Of a stretch of DNA of 25,692 bases, positions 17,728 through 25,692 are shown one piece after another; within the stretch, counting starts at the first letter, position 1, and every line of letters starts with the position of its first letter. The stretch comes from Promethearchaeota archaeon (lineage in GTDB: Archaea > Asgardarchaeota > Lokiarchaeia > Sigyniarchaeales > SOKP01). The stretch spans positions 1 to 25,692 of the forward strand of contig JAEOTS010000173.1 in NCBI GenBank assembly GCA_016839745.1, read 5' to 3'. A program made the position numbers and the translations under genes. The notes beneath the pieces were generated by a model, which searched no databases, was not told where the DNA came from, and saw only the letters and a list, made by a program, of their open reading frames with translations.

Positions 17728-18759
17728 ATGACTGAAGAAAAAAAGGACTATCGATTGACAAAGCAAGTTAAAATCTATGGTTGATCGTGTAAACTTGGTG
17801 CTAATCAATTAGAAGAATTACTGGAGAAAACTGGTTTAAAAGGATTTATTGAAGATGCTGCTATCGTGCCCGTTCCATCTTCCGATATGGTTCAAGTGAA
17901 AAGTATTGATATTTTCACACCTCTCGTAGATGAACCAGAAATAATGGGCGAAATCGCTGCTTGCAATGTTACTAACGATATTTTCGCGATGAATGTTCCA
18001 GAAGTTTCAGGAATGCTCGTGTTTTTAGCTATCAATAAAAACACTCCAATGCATATTGCAGAAGGAATTCTTAAGGGAATTAAGAGATTTATGGAACAAA
18101 AATTACATTCTAAAGTAGTAGGAGGGCACACCATATATAGCGAGTGGCCCCTTATTGGTGGGGAAGCATCTGGTTTTGTAAACAAAAACAATTTAATTCG
18201 AAAACACGGTGTGAAGAAAGGTGATAAGTTACTCTTAACAAAACCAATCGGATTACAAGCTATTATGGCAGCATATAGGTTACAGAAAGATTCTCCTGAA
18301 ATGTTGGAAGAATTATCATCGAACGAACTCAACAATTCAATTAAATTAGCCTTAAACCTAATGACAACATCTAATCAAGGAGTAGTAAAAACGATTTATA
18401 CTTATAACGATTTCTCCTTTATACACGCTATGACTGATGTTACTGGCTTCGGATTGTCTGGTCACTTGAAGGAAATGCTACAAAATTCTGGATTATCTGC
18501 GATTATTGAAGCTATACCTTCAATTAAACTCTCAAAAGACCTTTCTAAGGAATATGGATACGCTTTTAGCGAATGTTTGTGCTCTGAAACGGCGGGAGGT
18601 ATGCTGATTGCTCTGGATCCGAGTAGCGTAGAAGATTTTTCTAATACGCTCTCCAGTCAAGGCATTTCTAATTGGATTGTTGGTACTATTGATAACAAAG
18701 AACCTGAACTTGTAAGGATCTCGAAAAAAGTTAACAATATTGAAATAGATAATGTATAA
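17728..18759 (+). CDS. selD: Selenophosphate synthetase, selenoprotein paralog 2; TGA 17782-17784 = Sec19; 343 aa
   Basis: GAGGTGG RBS before ATG 17728, giving MTEEKKDYRLTKQVKIYG-U-SCKL in frame with the track ORF at 17866. Further motifs: EDAAI, SIDIFTP, NVTNDIFAM, GGHTI, LTKPIG, MTDVTGFGLSGHL and ETAGGML. A SECIS follows the stop. Confidence 0.95.
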
Positions 18760-18829
18760 TGATGTCAATGAAATAGGCTAAAACACGTATGTGGGTGCTT
18801 ATTGAGAACCCCGTTGCTCAACGGCGTCA
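18760..18829 (+). promoter_or_regulatory. Eukaryote-type SECIS element in the 3' UTR of selD2
   Basis: Outer stem TGATG/CGTCA, ATGA at 18768-18771, stem ATAGGC/GCTTAT, AAAA at 18780-18783, mini-stem CAC/GTG, GA at 18804-18805, and extra hairpin CCGTT-GCTC-AACGG at 18811-18824. Confidence 0.88.
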
Positions 18830-19017
18830 AATTTTTACCATTATTTGTTTTATCTCATTATTTTTTAGTTAAATTTTGGATCATACCAATTAATTTTTTA
18901 AAAAGAATTATGTGAATTTACCTTTAGATTTAAAATTTTAAAAGGAAAAATTCGATAGTAACTCGAGCTTAAGTTTATATTTCCTCGTTTTCTTCTTATA
19001 CGAAAAGAAGAAGATTT

Positions 19018-19377
19018 ATGATTATGGATAAGGAAAAAGAATATTATAAAATTCTCGAAGTCGAAGAAGACGCTTCTGAAGAAGAAATTAAACTGGCTTA
19101 TCGTAGATTAGCGAAAAAATATCATCCCGATCTTAATAAAACCGATCCCAAGGCTAAAGATAAATTTATTAAACTGCACGAAGCCTACGATACGCTAAGC
19201 GATCCTCAGAAAAGAAAAATCTATGACCAAGCAGGATACAACCCACGAAACATAGACTTAAGTGATGTAATTTGGCGTAATAACTCCGTTCGATTTAGAG
19301 AAATTTTAAGACAAATATACGCAAATTTTTATAGAACTCCATATAATAAACCTCCTCCTGAAGGGATGTATACATAA
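19018..19377 (+). CDS. Small J-domain (DnaJ-like, class C) protein
   Basis: [46 protein letters not shown]. No G/F-rich or zinc-finger region. Confidence 0.9.
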   Translation: MIMDKEKEYYKILEVEEDASEEEIKLAYRRLAKKYHPDLNKTDPKAKDKFIKLHEAYDTLSDPQKRKIYDQAGYNPRNIDLSDVIWRNNSVRFREILRQIYANFYRTPYNKPPPEGMYT

Positions 19378-19437
19378 TTAAATAAAAAAGACTTGAACTA
19401 TTACTAAAAATATTTTATATAAGGATCTAACTTCAAC

Positions 19438-20178
19438 TTATTTTCCTAAAAGTTCTTTCATACTCTTTAATATAATTTCAATTTCGCTATCGAAAACTTT
19501 TACCCTATCAAAATTGAGTTTATTTACTTCAAGTAATTGGGACACAGCAAATTCAGGGGATTTATTGATTTCTTTTGCTAACTTAATCGCTTCCTCGAGT
19601 GCTTCACCTGGCTCAACAAGTTTATTTATTATATTTAACCGATAGGCTTCCTCAGCACTTAGAAAATTCTCTTTTGAGCCGGTATTCAAAGTAAGCTCAA
19701 GAGCTTTACCTCTACCTACAAGACCCATATATGGGAAAAATAAAGGACAGGCTCCAAATCTGATTTCTGGATGACCAAATAATGCGCCCTTCGAAGCAAC
19801 TCTAAGATGGCAAATTACAGTTAGATCAAAAGCTCCTGCAAGAGCAAATCCATTAATAGCAGCGATGAGCAGTTTTGGGAAATTAAATAATGTTTGATGA
19901 AAGAGGTGATTAGACTCTACAAACTCTTCATAATCGCCCTCGCCTTGGACAACCTTTTGTACTTCGTCCCTATCAAACCCAGCGGAGAAAAAATCTATCC
20001 CACCATAAAAAATGACTGCTCTAACTTTTTTATCTTCTTTTAGAGCGTTTAAAGCATGCATAATTTCAGAACGCATGTCAGAACTAAGAGCATTTTTTTT
20101 ATCAGGGCGATTGAAATTAAGGATACAAATTCCACGTTTAAAAGCAAGTCTTATGTATTCATAATTATTAGTTTCCAT
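19438..20178 (-). CDS. Enoyl-CoA hydratase/isomerase (crotonase) family protein
   Basis: LNFNRPDKKNALS, FSAGFD, PKLLIAAINGFALAGAFDL, FGHPEIRFG and LSAEEAYRLNII. Confidence 0.9.
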   Translation of the reverse strand: METNNYEYIRLAFKRGICILNFNRPDKKNALSSDMRSEIMHALNALKEDKKVRAVIFYGGIDFFSAGFDRDEVQKVVQGEGDYEEFVESNHLFHQTLFNFPKLLIAAINGFALAGAFDLTVICHLRVASKGALFGHPEIRFGACPLFFPYMGLVGRGKALELTLNTGSKENFLSAEEAYRLNIINKLVEPGEALEEAIKLAKEINKSPEFAVSQLLEVNKLNFDRVKVFDSEIEIILKSMKELLGK

Positions 20179-20208
20179 ACCTTCAATAATATTGAATCAT
20201 TAATAATG

Positions 20209-21003
20209 CTAATTTCTTTCCCGGATTTTACCATTTAAACTTAAGATTATTTCTCTGATTTCAGCTAAGGCTTGTTCTGCTAATTTATCTCCATTTTCAA
20301 CATTAAAACCAGTTATTGAGATCTCTACTTCTAATGAAAGCCCAATTCTAGGATGGGTTTTAATCCAAAGTTTAGGATACTTCTCCTCGAGTTTAGTAGT
20401 ATATGGAGCTATCTGTGATTCCCCGATACCCATAAAAAACAAGCCTTTTTCGACAAATTTTCCTCTCTTTTCCTTTAAAATGGGTTTAATAACACTAAGA
20501 AAAATCGCTTTCATTTCTGATGGAACACCTGGTAATATGAAAATTGATGTTTCTCCTTCCTTTAATTTCACACCAGGAGCAGTTCCTCTTATATTTGGGA
20601 GTGGTATGGATCCTTGAGGAAGATAACTCATTTTCTCTCTTTCTTTAGTCATGCCTTCAAGTTTTAGAATTCCTCTTTTGTACGCGTGTTCATATGCTCC
20701 CTTAATAGAATTGTAAGCGTGTTGATTTAACTCTAATTCTCGATTTAATCCCTTTGCTATGCCCGCTAATGTCATGTCGTCAAATGTAGGACCAAGCCCC
20801 CCTGTGGTAATTAACATGTTTGGTTTACGTTCTAGAATGGTTTTTAAAGTTCTAGAAATAATACTAATGTCATCTTCAATAGTTGTAATCCTTTTTAATT
20901 TGTGCCCGTATTTGACTATTCTTTTAGCCATCCAATTTGAATTAGTATCGAGTGTTTTTCCGATGAGGATTTCATTTCCAATTACTAATATCTCAACTTC
21001 CAT
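20209..21003 (-). CDS. CinA-like N-terminal (MoCF-biosynthesis fold) protein without a PncC domain
   Basis: IGNEILIGKTLDTNSNW, TGGLGPTFDDMT, GTAPG, LPGVPSEM and GIGESQIA. Confidence 0.88.
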   Translation of the reverse strand: MEVEILVIGNEILIGKTLDTNSNWMAKRIVKYGHKLKRITTIEDDISIISRTLKTILERKPNMLITTGGLGPTFDDMTLAGIAKGLNRELELNQHAYNSIKGAYEHAYKRGILKLEGMTKEREKMSYLPQGSIPLPNIRGTAPGVKLKEGETSIFILPGVPSEMKAIFLSVIKPILKEKRGKFVEKGLFFMGIGESQIAPYTTKLEEKYPKLWIKTHPRIGLSLEVEISITGFNVENGDKLAEQALAEIREIILSLNGKIRERN

Positions 21004-21118
21004 TTTTTCATCAAGTAGATACAGATTTAGTTTATTATTTCGTTCAAAGGTAATTTAAATTATTCTTAATATCATTATATAATCAGTAATTTTAATAAAA
21101 AGTTATGAATACAAGACA

Positions 21119-21676
21119 ATGACTATAGAAATAGACGATAGTGGTACTGGAGACTTAGTTGGAGATGCATTTATTGGGTTTTATAGAAAGGATATGAAAA
21201 AAATAATCTTTAAAACTCTTCCTGTAGATTTGTTCAAGGGAGAAAACTGGAAGAATAAGATGCCCTTAAAAAAAACCCTTGAACTCGTTAAAGAAGGTTT
21301 AGAAGAGCTAAAATTTGATAAAAAAAGAGAAAAAGTATTGCTTTGCCGAGGAAATATCTTTGATAACGTAAGAGCTTACTTTATTGAGGAAGGAATTCTA
21401 TACGAAGACGCAATCATTGAGGGGAAGCTTCAAGATGCTGTAGAAAGGAGATTAATTACTCATCTAAGAGACGATTTAGGAATTAGGTCAAAAAAATTAA
21501 CAATTATAAGCGGTGCAAGGCGTTATTTTGTTCTTTTCAATTGGGTTACTTACAATTTCTATAAAAGAGAGAAATTTGTTAAATCTGGATTCAGAAAATG
21601 GAATACTGTTTGGCGAGAAAGAGCTATTGAGAAATATGAAGAAATAAAAGCAAACAAGAAAGGTAACTTCTACTGA
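21119..21676 (+). CDS. Conserved hypothetical protein, possible RNase H-like fold
   Basis: The N-terminal IEIDDSGTGDLVG resembles the RNase HII GIDEAGRGxxxG strand. It also has LCRGNIFD and IEGKLQDAVE. Confidence 0.55.
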   Translation: MTIEIDDSGTGDLVGDAFIGFYRKDMKKIIFKTLPVDLFKGENWKNKMPLKKTLELVKEGLEELKFDKKREKVLLCRGNIFDNVRAYFIEEGILYEDAIIEGKLQDAVERRLITHLRDDLGIRSKKLTIISGARRYFVLFNWVTYNFYKREKFVKSGFRKWNTVWRERAIEKYEEIKANKKGNFY

Positions 21677-21681
21677 TTTAT

Positions 21682-23325
21682 TCAATCTTGTCTTAATTTT
21701 TTCTTTAAAATTACACTTCTTATTATACCGATTCCAGCTAGACCGACTAGAGCTCCGCCTGTTAAACTCATACTTAGTTGAATTGTGTTACCTAATGAAG
21801 TTGAATCCATAACTAAATTCATTTCTTCTTGCGCTAAATATGGCATCACATTATTCCTAAAATTAGGTAACCACGAAAGAATCATTGCAATTTCATCATC
21901 TTCTAATTGGTTTGCCATCTTTAAACCAAAGCTAGCAGCAGAATCAGGGTTTTCCACTGCGTAAAACCATTCTCCTAATCCTTTTTGATTTACCAGTGAA
22001 AATTCATTTGAAACATTCCATAGAGATCTAGCCGACTTAAGAGATATATTAGAGGGAATTACAGCTGTGTTTTGACTATGATAACCTAACTCGAATCCAT
22101 ATACCGTAGTCGCTTTTAAATCAATGGGAAATCCAAAAGGATATAATGCCCTCCCATCAGCAGTGCCGTTAGTCCAGACTTCTAAGAAGATAACTTTAGC
22201 ATATTCGCTTAAAGTCATTCCCTCTCCATCTGGAGGAGGAAGTGTAATTAAAACTGGAACCATGTTCCACTTGAACGACTCATTCCACAACCAATTTAAA
22301 ATCATATCGATTTGGTAATCTTTTAAGCTAAATTCTACTTTTAACTCTTCCTTGATTGTAGAGTTTTCAGCAGCTGCAATCCATTCAAATATTCCCATGT
22401 CGTTGGTGAGTGATTTTTCGTTGTTATCGTCCCAAAGAGCATTTATTGAAGATCTAGAGATATTTGATGGTTTTAAGCGACCAACTTCAAATCCAAAAAG
22501 AGGATCGTCTATTTCATCAAGAATCTCACTGAAGTCATATCCATCTTCATAAAGTGTACAATTAGCCCATTGATCATAAAAATACATTTCAGTTATTTCC
22601 TTCGTGTCCATTCCAGTATATTCTGGCATAACTACGGACATATTTGCAACTATCATTGGAATTGCAACAGGAACAAAGTAATCTCTGTAATAATCAGCTA
22701 ATTTGACTAGTTGATTCCATGTAGCGTTATATCCTGTAATTAACTCTTGTTGTAATGTTGAATTTCCGATAGCCTTATCACTTAATTCAAGGAAATCTAA
22801 AACACCTGTACCCATCGTATTATTACCTATCAAACCAGGAAGAGTTTCGGTTCCTTCTATAAGACGAAACTTAGCATTTCCATACCATAGGTTTTGCTGA
22901 TAGTATTCAGATATCCCCTTAATTGGGGGATATCCCATCCCCTTTAGTGATGAGCTATAGGTAACCGGAATAATTAATACCCAATGTATCCATTTATCGA
23001 AAAGCATTGTTAAAGGTACTACTCCTAACACTGGCTCAGTATGTAATGTCATATTTATTAAAAACATGAAAAATGTCGCGTTTACTATTGCTTCCAACTC
23101 TGAAAGACCTTTCTTTCTTATGTCTCTTAAAGCTCTTGGAATACCTAGCTCAGCAATCATAGATTCAACCAATGGAAGTGCTTCTTCTTCAATACCTATT
23201 AAACCCTCGTCGACAGAACTCTCAACCATATCGTTAATAGATGTATTGAGGAACATTCCCCCCGGTATTAACACGCCCCCTAAAGCGATTAGGACTATTG
23301 AAGTAATTAAAACTTTTTTTGACAT
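21682..23325 (-). CDS. Membrane-anchored protein with N- and C-terminal hydrophobic helices and a repeat-containing extracellular region
   Basis: N-terminal VLITSIVLIALGGVLIPGGMFL and C-terminal MSLTGGALVGLAGIGII followed by a basic tail. It has internal repeats and 14 N-x-S/T sequons. Confidence 0.75.
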   Translation of the reverse strand: MSKKVLITSIVLIALGGVLIPGGMFLNTSINDMVESSVDEGLIGIEEEALPLVESMIAELGIPRALRDIRKKGLSELEAIVNATFFMFLINMTLHTEPVLGVVPLTMLFDKWIHWVLIIPVTYSSSLKGMGYPPIKGISEYYQQNLWYGNAKFRLIEGTETLPGLIGNNTMGTGVLDFLELSDKAIGNSTLQQELITGYNATWNQLVKLADYYRDYFVPVAIPMIVANMSVVMPEYTGMDTKEITEMYFYDQWANCTLYEDGYDFSEILDEIDDPLFGFEVGRLKPSNISRSSINALWDDNNEKSLTNDMGIFEWIAAAENSTIKEELKVEFSLKDYQIDMILNWLWNESFKWNMVPVLITLPPPDGEGMTLSEYAKVIFLEVWTNGTADGRALYPFGFPIDLKATTVYGFELGYHSQNTAVIPSNISLKSARSLWNVSNEFSLVNQKGLGEWFYAVENPDSAASFGLKMANQLEDDEIAMILSWLPNFRNNVMPYLAQEEMNLVMDSTSLGNTIQLSMSLTGGALVGLAGIGIIRSVILKKKLRQD

Positions 23326-23348
23326 TTTACTATTGGATTTAATAATTA

Positions 23349-23423
23349 TTGATCACAATTAATGATCAAGTATAAGATATCTTTTGATAAATTAATATAT
23401 AAATATTTCTTTTGAAAGATATC
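23349..23423. promoter_or_regulatory. Divergent promoter region with inverted repeats around a TATA box
   Basis: TTGATCA-N7-TGATCAA (23349-23369), and GATATCTTT (23376-23384)/AAAGATATC (23415-23423) flanking TATATAAATA (23396-23405). Confidence 0.45.
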
Positions 23424-23466
23424 ATACAAATATTGAAAACCACTAGTTAGGTGTTATTCTGTTACA

Positions 23467-24159
23467 ATAAACAAAAAAGCACCAATAAATCATGAATTTA
23501 AGATTTTAGAATGTGTAAGAGACAAACCCGGAGGAGTTACTGTTTCAGATATTGCCAATTTTACCGGATTTTCGAGAAACACAGTATCTAAATATGTTTC
23601 AATACTAGAACTTAAAGAACAAATCTTTAGTAAAAAAATTGGAGCATATAGATTATTTTTTGCTACAAAAAGAAATTATATCCCGCTAGAGTTAGCCATT
23701 TCTTACTATAAAGCACTCATCTCTCGCTTCAAAAAGTACATTCCTGACACGGGAGAATTAGCAAAAAAAATAGGTAAAGAAGCAGTAGCAGACATCAAGT
23801 TCACCTTTGGTCCGAGTATATATAAGCAAATGAAGAGTATAAAAGATAACCCTATTTCAAGGGTACATTTAGAAAGTTTTAGAAGTTTTTATCCTGTATA
23901 CGACCCTTTCTCGCCTGAAATTGAAATTTCAATAGTGAATATCGATCCAAAAGGAAAAAGTGCCACTTTTCGGTTTAAAAATTCCCCGTTCCTAAGTGAT
24001 ACTAAAGATTTTGATTATCATATTTATATAATATGTGGAATTACTGAGGGAATTCTTGAAAGAGAGCTAAAAACAAAAGTTTTGTGTGAGATTAAAGAGA
24101 TACATCCTTCAGAAAAGAAGGATGATGCATTTTTTGATTTAATTATTAAGTTGACTTAA
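23467..24159 (+). CDS. Winged-helix (HTH) + V4R-like domain transcriptional regulator; start codon uncertain/non-canonical
   Basis: The frame of track ORF 23830 is open back to 23437. It encodes ILECVRDKPGGVTVSDIANFTGFSRNTVSKYVSILELKEQIFSKKIGAYRLFF (HTH plus wing). The C-terminus has the V4R-like F.F.NSPF..HIYIICGITEGIL. The start is placed tentatively at ATA 23467. Confidence 0.75.
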   Translation: MNKKAPINHEFKILECVRDKPGGVTVSDIANFTGFSRNTVSKYVSILELKEQIFSKKIGAYRLFFATKRNYIPLELAISYYKALISRFKKYIPDTGELAKKIGKEAVADIKFTFGPSIYKQMKSIKDNPISRVHLESFRSFYPVYDPFSPEIEISIVNIDPKGKSATFRFKNSPFLSDTKDFDYHIYIICGITEGILERELKTKVLCEIKEIHPSEKKDDAFFDLIIKLT

Positions 24160-24198
24160 AATACATTCTATTTATTATTTTATATAAAATGTGAGATT

Positions 24199-24882
24199 AT
24201 GAAGATAGTAGTATTTGCACCTCATCCCGATGATGAAATTTATGGAGCAGGAGGATCTATATTAAAATGGATGGAAGAAGGTCATGATGTTCATGTTGTA
24301 TATGTCACAGACAACTGTGCTTTAATAACATGGGGAAAAAAGCACGATGACCTAATTGAAGAAGGAGTCGAGGATTACATTGATCTAAGTGAGGAGGAGA
24401 TTGGTAAAATTGGGTTAAAGGAAGCTAGGAGCGTTGCTAAAGCCTATGGGTTTCCAGATAGCAATGTTCACTTGTTTGAGTTCCACGATCAAGATGCTAT
24501 GAACCAAATAGATAATGGGGTAAAATTAACCAAAGATATAATCAAAGATGCTAATAGAATAGTTATCCCCGGTGATAACAACAATCACCCTGATCATCAA
24601 GCTACACACAATATTGTTAAAAAAGCAGCGATTGAACTGAACCTTGTGGATGCAGAATTTTATGTGTACGCAATTCACAATGCCCAAAAGGCTCCATTAG
24701 AAAAACAAATTAAAATCAAAATCGCCGATTATCGAGTTAGAATTTATGAAATCATGAAACTTTATAAAACCCAACTATTATTTAAAATTTCTAGAATTGG
24801 ATGGGAAACATTGATGAGGAAACGGTCTGAAAGATTTGGAGTCTTTTCGTTAAAAGATGCTGGTAAGTTTTATAATTTCTAA
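24199..24882 (+). CDS. PIG-L/LmbE family deacetylase
   Basis: VFAPHPDDEIYGAGG, VHVVYVTD, HPDH and YKTQ. Confidence 0.9.
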   Translation: MKIVVFAPHPDDEIYGAGGSILKWMEEGHDVHVVYVTDNCALITWGKKHDDLIEEGVEDYIDLSEEEIGKIGLKEARSVAKAYGFPDSNVHLFEFHDQDAMNQIDNGVKLTKDIIKDANRIVIPGDNNNHPDHQATHNIVKKAAIELNLVDAEFYVYAIHNAQKAPLEKQIKIKIADYRVRIYEIMKLYKTQLLFKISRIGWETLMRKRSERFGVFSLKDAGKFYNF

Positions 24883-24896
24883 TAAAAAACCGAGTA

Positions 24897-25571
24897 TCAC
24901 TTTAAATTAGTTCCACAAGTGGGACATACTTTAGAATTAGCTGGAATTTCACTTCCACAAGCAAAACAAATAACCTTAGTCTTGTCAGATGGGGGATCTG
25001 GTTCTGGATGAACTGGGGCTTTTACTTCCTTATCGTCATGCGTAAATACGCTCATGTCATGATCTTGACTGATCATTTTCTTAACATAGTCTTGATCGTG
25101 AGGTGTGATAATTTTAAAATCTTCTGGAGCTTCAATTTCTTCAAATCCGATCGGTAAATTTTCAATATCACTACTTTTAATAATCTTAGGGTCACTAATA
25201 TCCCTTGGAGTTTCAATTTCAGTAGAAAATGTCGAACCATCAGATGGTTCATCTTTAAATATCTCTTCCTTTGGTCTTACTTCAGATGTTCTTGATGACG
25301 CTATTAATTCCTCTCTTAAAGCCTGTGCTCTTCCTTTTTGATCATATAATTTTGATTTGAGATCCTTAATGTGGTTAATAATTTGTTTGGTTTTCTCAAT
25401 AAGCATTGATTTATAATACACTTCAATTTTTGGGGTTTTTGAAGCATTTAATGCCATTTCAGAGATATCTAACCAAAGATCAATGGCTTCTTGAAATCTT
25501 TTATGTTTTTCTAACCCATTTGCTTTAGCAACTTTGTAACTTAGTTCTTGGTTGAATTTTGCGACATCCAT
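24897..25571 (-). CDS. MIT-like N-terminal helical bundle + disordered linker + C-terminal zinc-ribbon protein
   Basis: KVAKANGLEKHKRFQEAIDLW..MLIEKTKQIINHIKDLK, an acidic/Pro-rich linker, and C-terminal CFACG..CPTCG. Confidence 0.65.
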   Translation of the reverse strand: MDVAKFNQELSYKVAKANGLEKHKRFQEAIDLWLDISEMALNASKTPKIEVYYKSMLIEKTKQIINHIKDLKSKLYDQKGRAQALREELIASSRTSEVRPKEEIFKDEPSDGSTFSTEIETPRDISDPKIIKSSDIENLPIGFEEIEAPEDFKIITPHDQDYVKKMISQDHDMSVFTHDDKEVKAPVHPEPDPPSDKTKVICFACGSEIPANSKVCPTCGTNLK

Positions 25572-25692
25572 TATTAAACAAAATGCAATTTTAAATTATT
25601 CTCAAAATTATCAAGTTAATTCAACTATTTATAGTTGCTAATATAAGGATATGTATAAAAATTAATAATTGGAATTTTTATTACATTATTAA

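Noticed and set aside
16279-17784. selD copies as pseudogenes with nonsense mutations, or starting at the track starts 16318 and 17866
   Set aside because: The TGA is at the same catalytic Cys/Sec position in both copies. Upstream ATGs have RBSs, the N-termini are conserved, and both genes have SECIS elements.
16225-18829. Tandem selD as an assembly artefact
   Set aside because: The copies differ at many amino-acid and synonymous positions, and their SECIS elements show compensatory changes.
957-25341. Short antisense ORFs in the track (e.g. 957-1148, 1820-2155, 2231-2608, 8602-8943, 11752-12180, 12533-13009, 17892-18335, 25105-25341)
   Set aside because: They lie opposite well-supported genes and have no recognisable motifs, so they are shadow ORFs.
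1-25692. Genome-wide reassignment of TGA
   Set aside because: TGA terminates several genes normally (11104, 13001, 21676, 24897), and Trp is encoded by TGG.
1-25692. CRISPR arrays, tRNA (including tRNA-Sec), rRNA and transposases
   Set aside because: No regularly spaced repeats, cloverleaf-like GC-rich segments or transposase/integrase ORFs were seen by eye.

Overview
An AT-rich, gene-dense archaeal window, most likely Asgard/Lokiarchaeia. This assignment is inferred from gene content (NOG1 GTPase, mfnF-mfnE, wHTH-V4R regulator, MIT/HEAT-type proteins) and from eukaryote-type SECIS elements. The centrepiece is a tandem pair of selenophosphate synthetase (selD) paralogs at 16225-17262 and 17728-18759. 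The ORF track truncates both because each has an in-frame TGA at codon 19 in the catalytic G-U-x-C-K motif. Each stop codon is followed immediately by a ~70-nt eukaryote-like SECIS (AUGA...AAAA...GA). Both SECIS copies carry an extra conserved hairpin (CCGUU-GCNC-AACGG) inside a covarying outer stem, which suggests a three-way-junction variant. The two genes share a promoter layout, and an unannotated 46-aa antisense ORF lies between them. Other notable items: a 969-aa HEAT/coiled-coil/PCI-like/Ig-like protein, a type II pantothenate kinase, a repeat-containing two-TM glycoprotein candidate, a wHTH-V4R regulator lacking a canonical start codon, and a structured intergenic element at 1714-1786. 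No rRNA, tRNA, CRISPR array or mobile element was seen.
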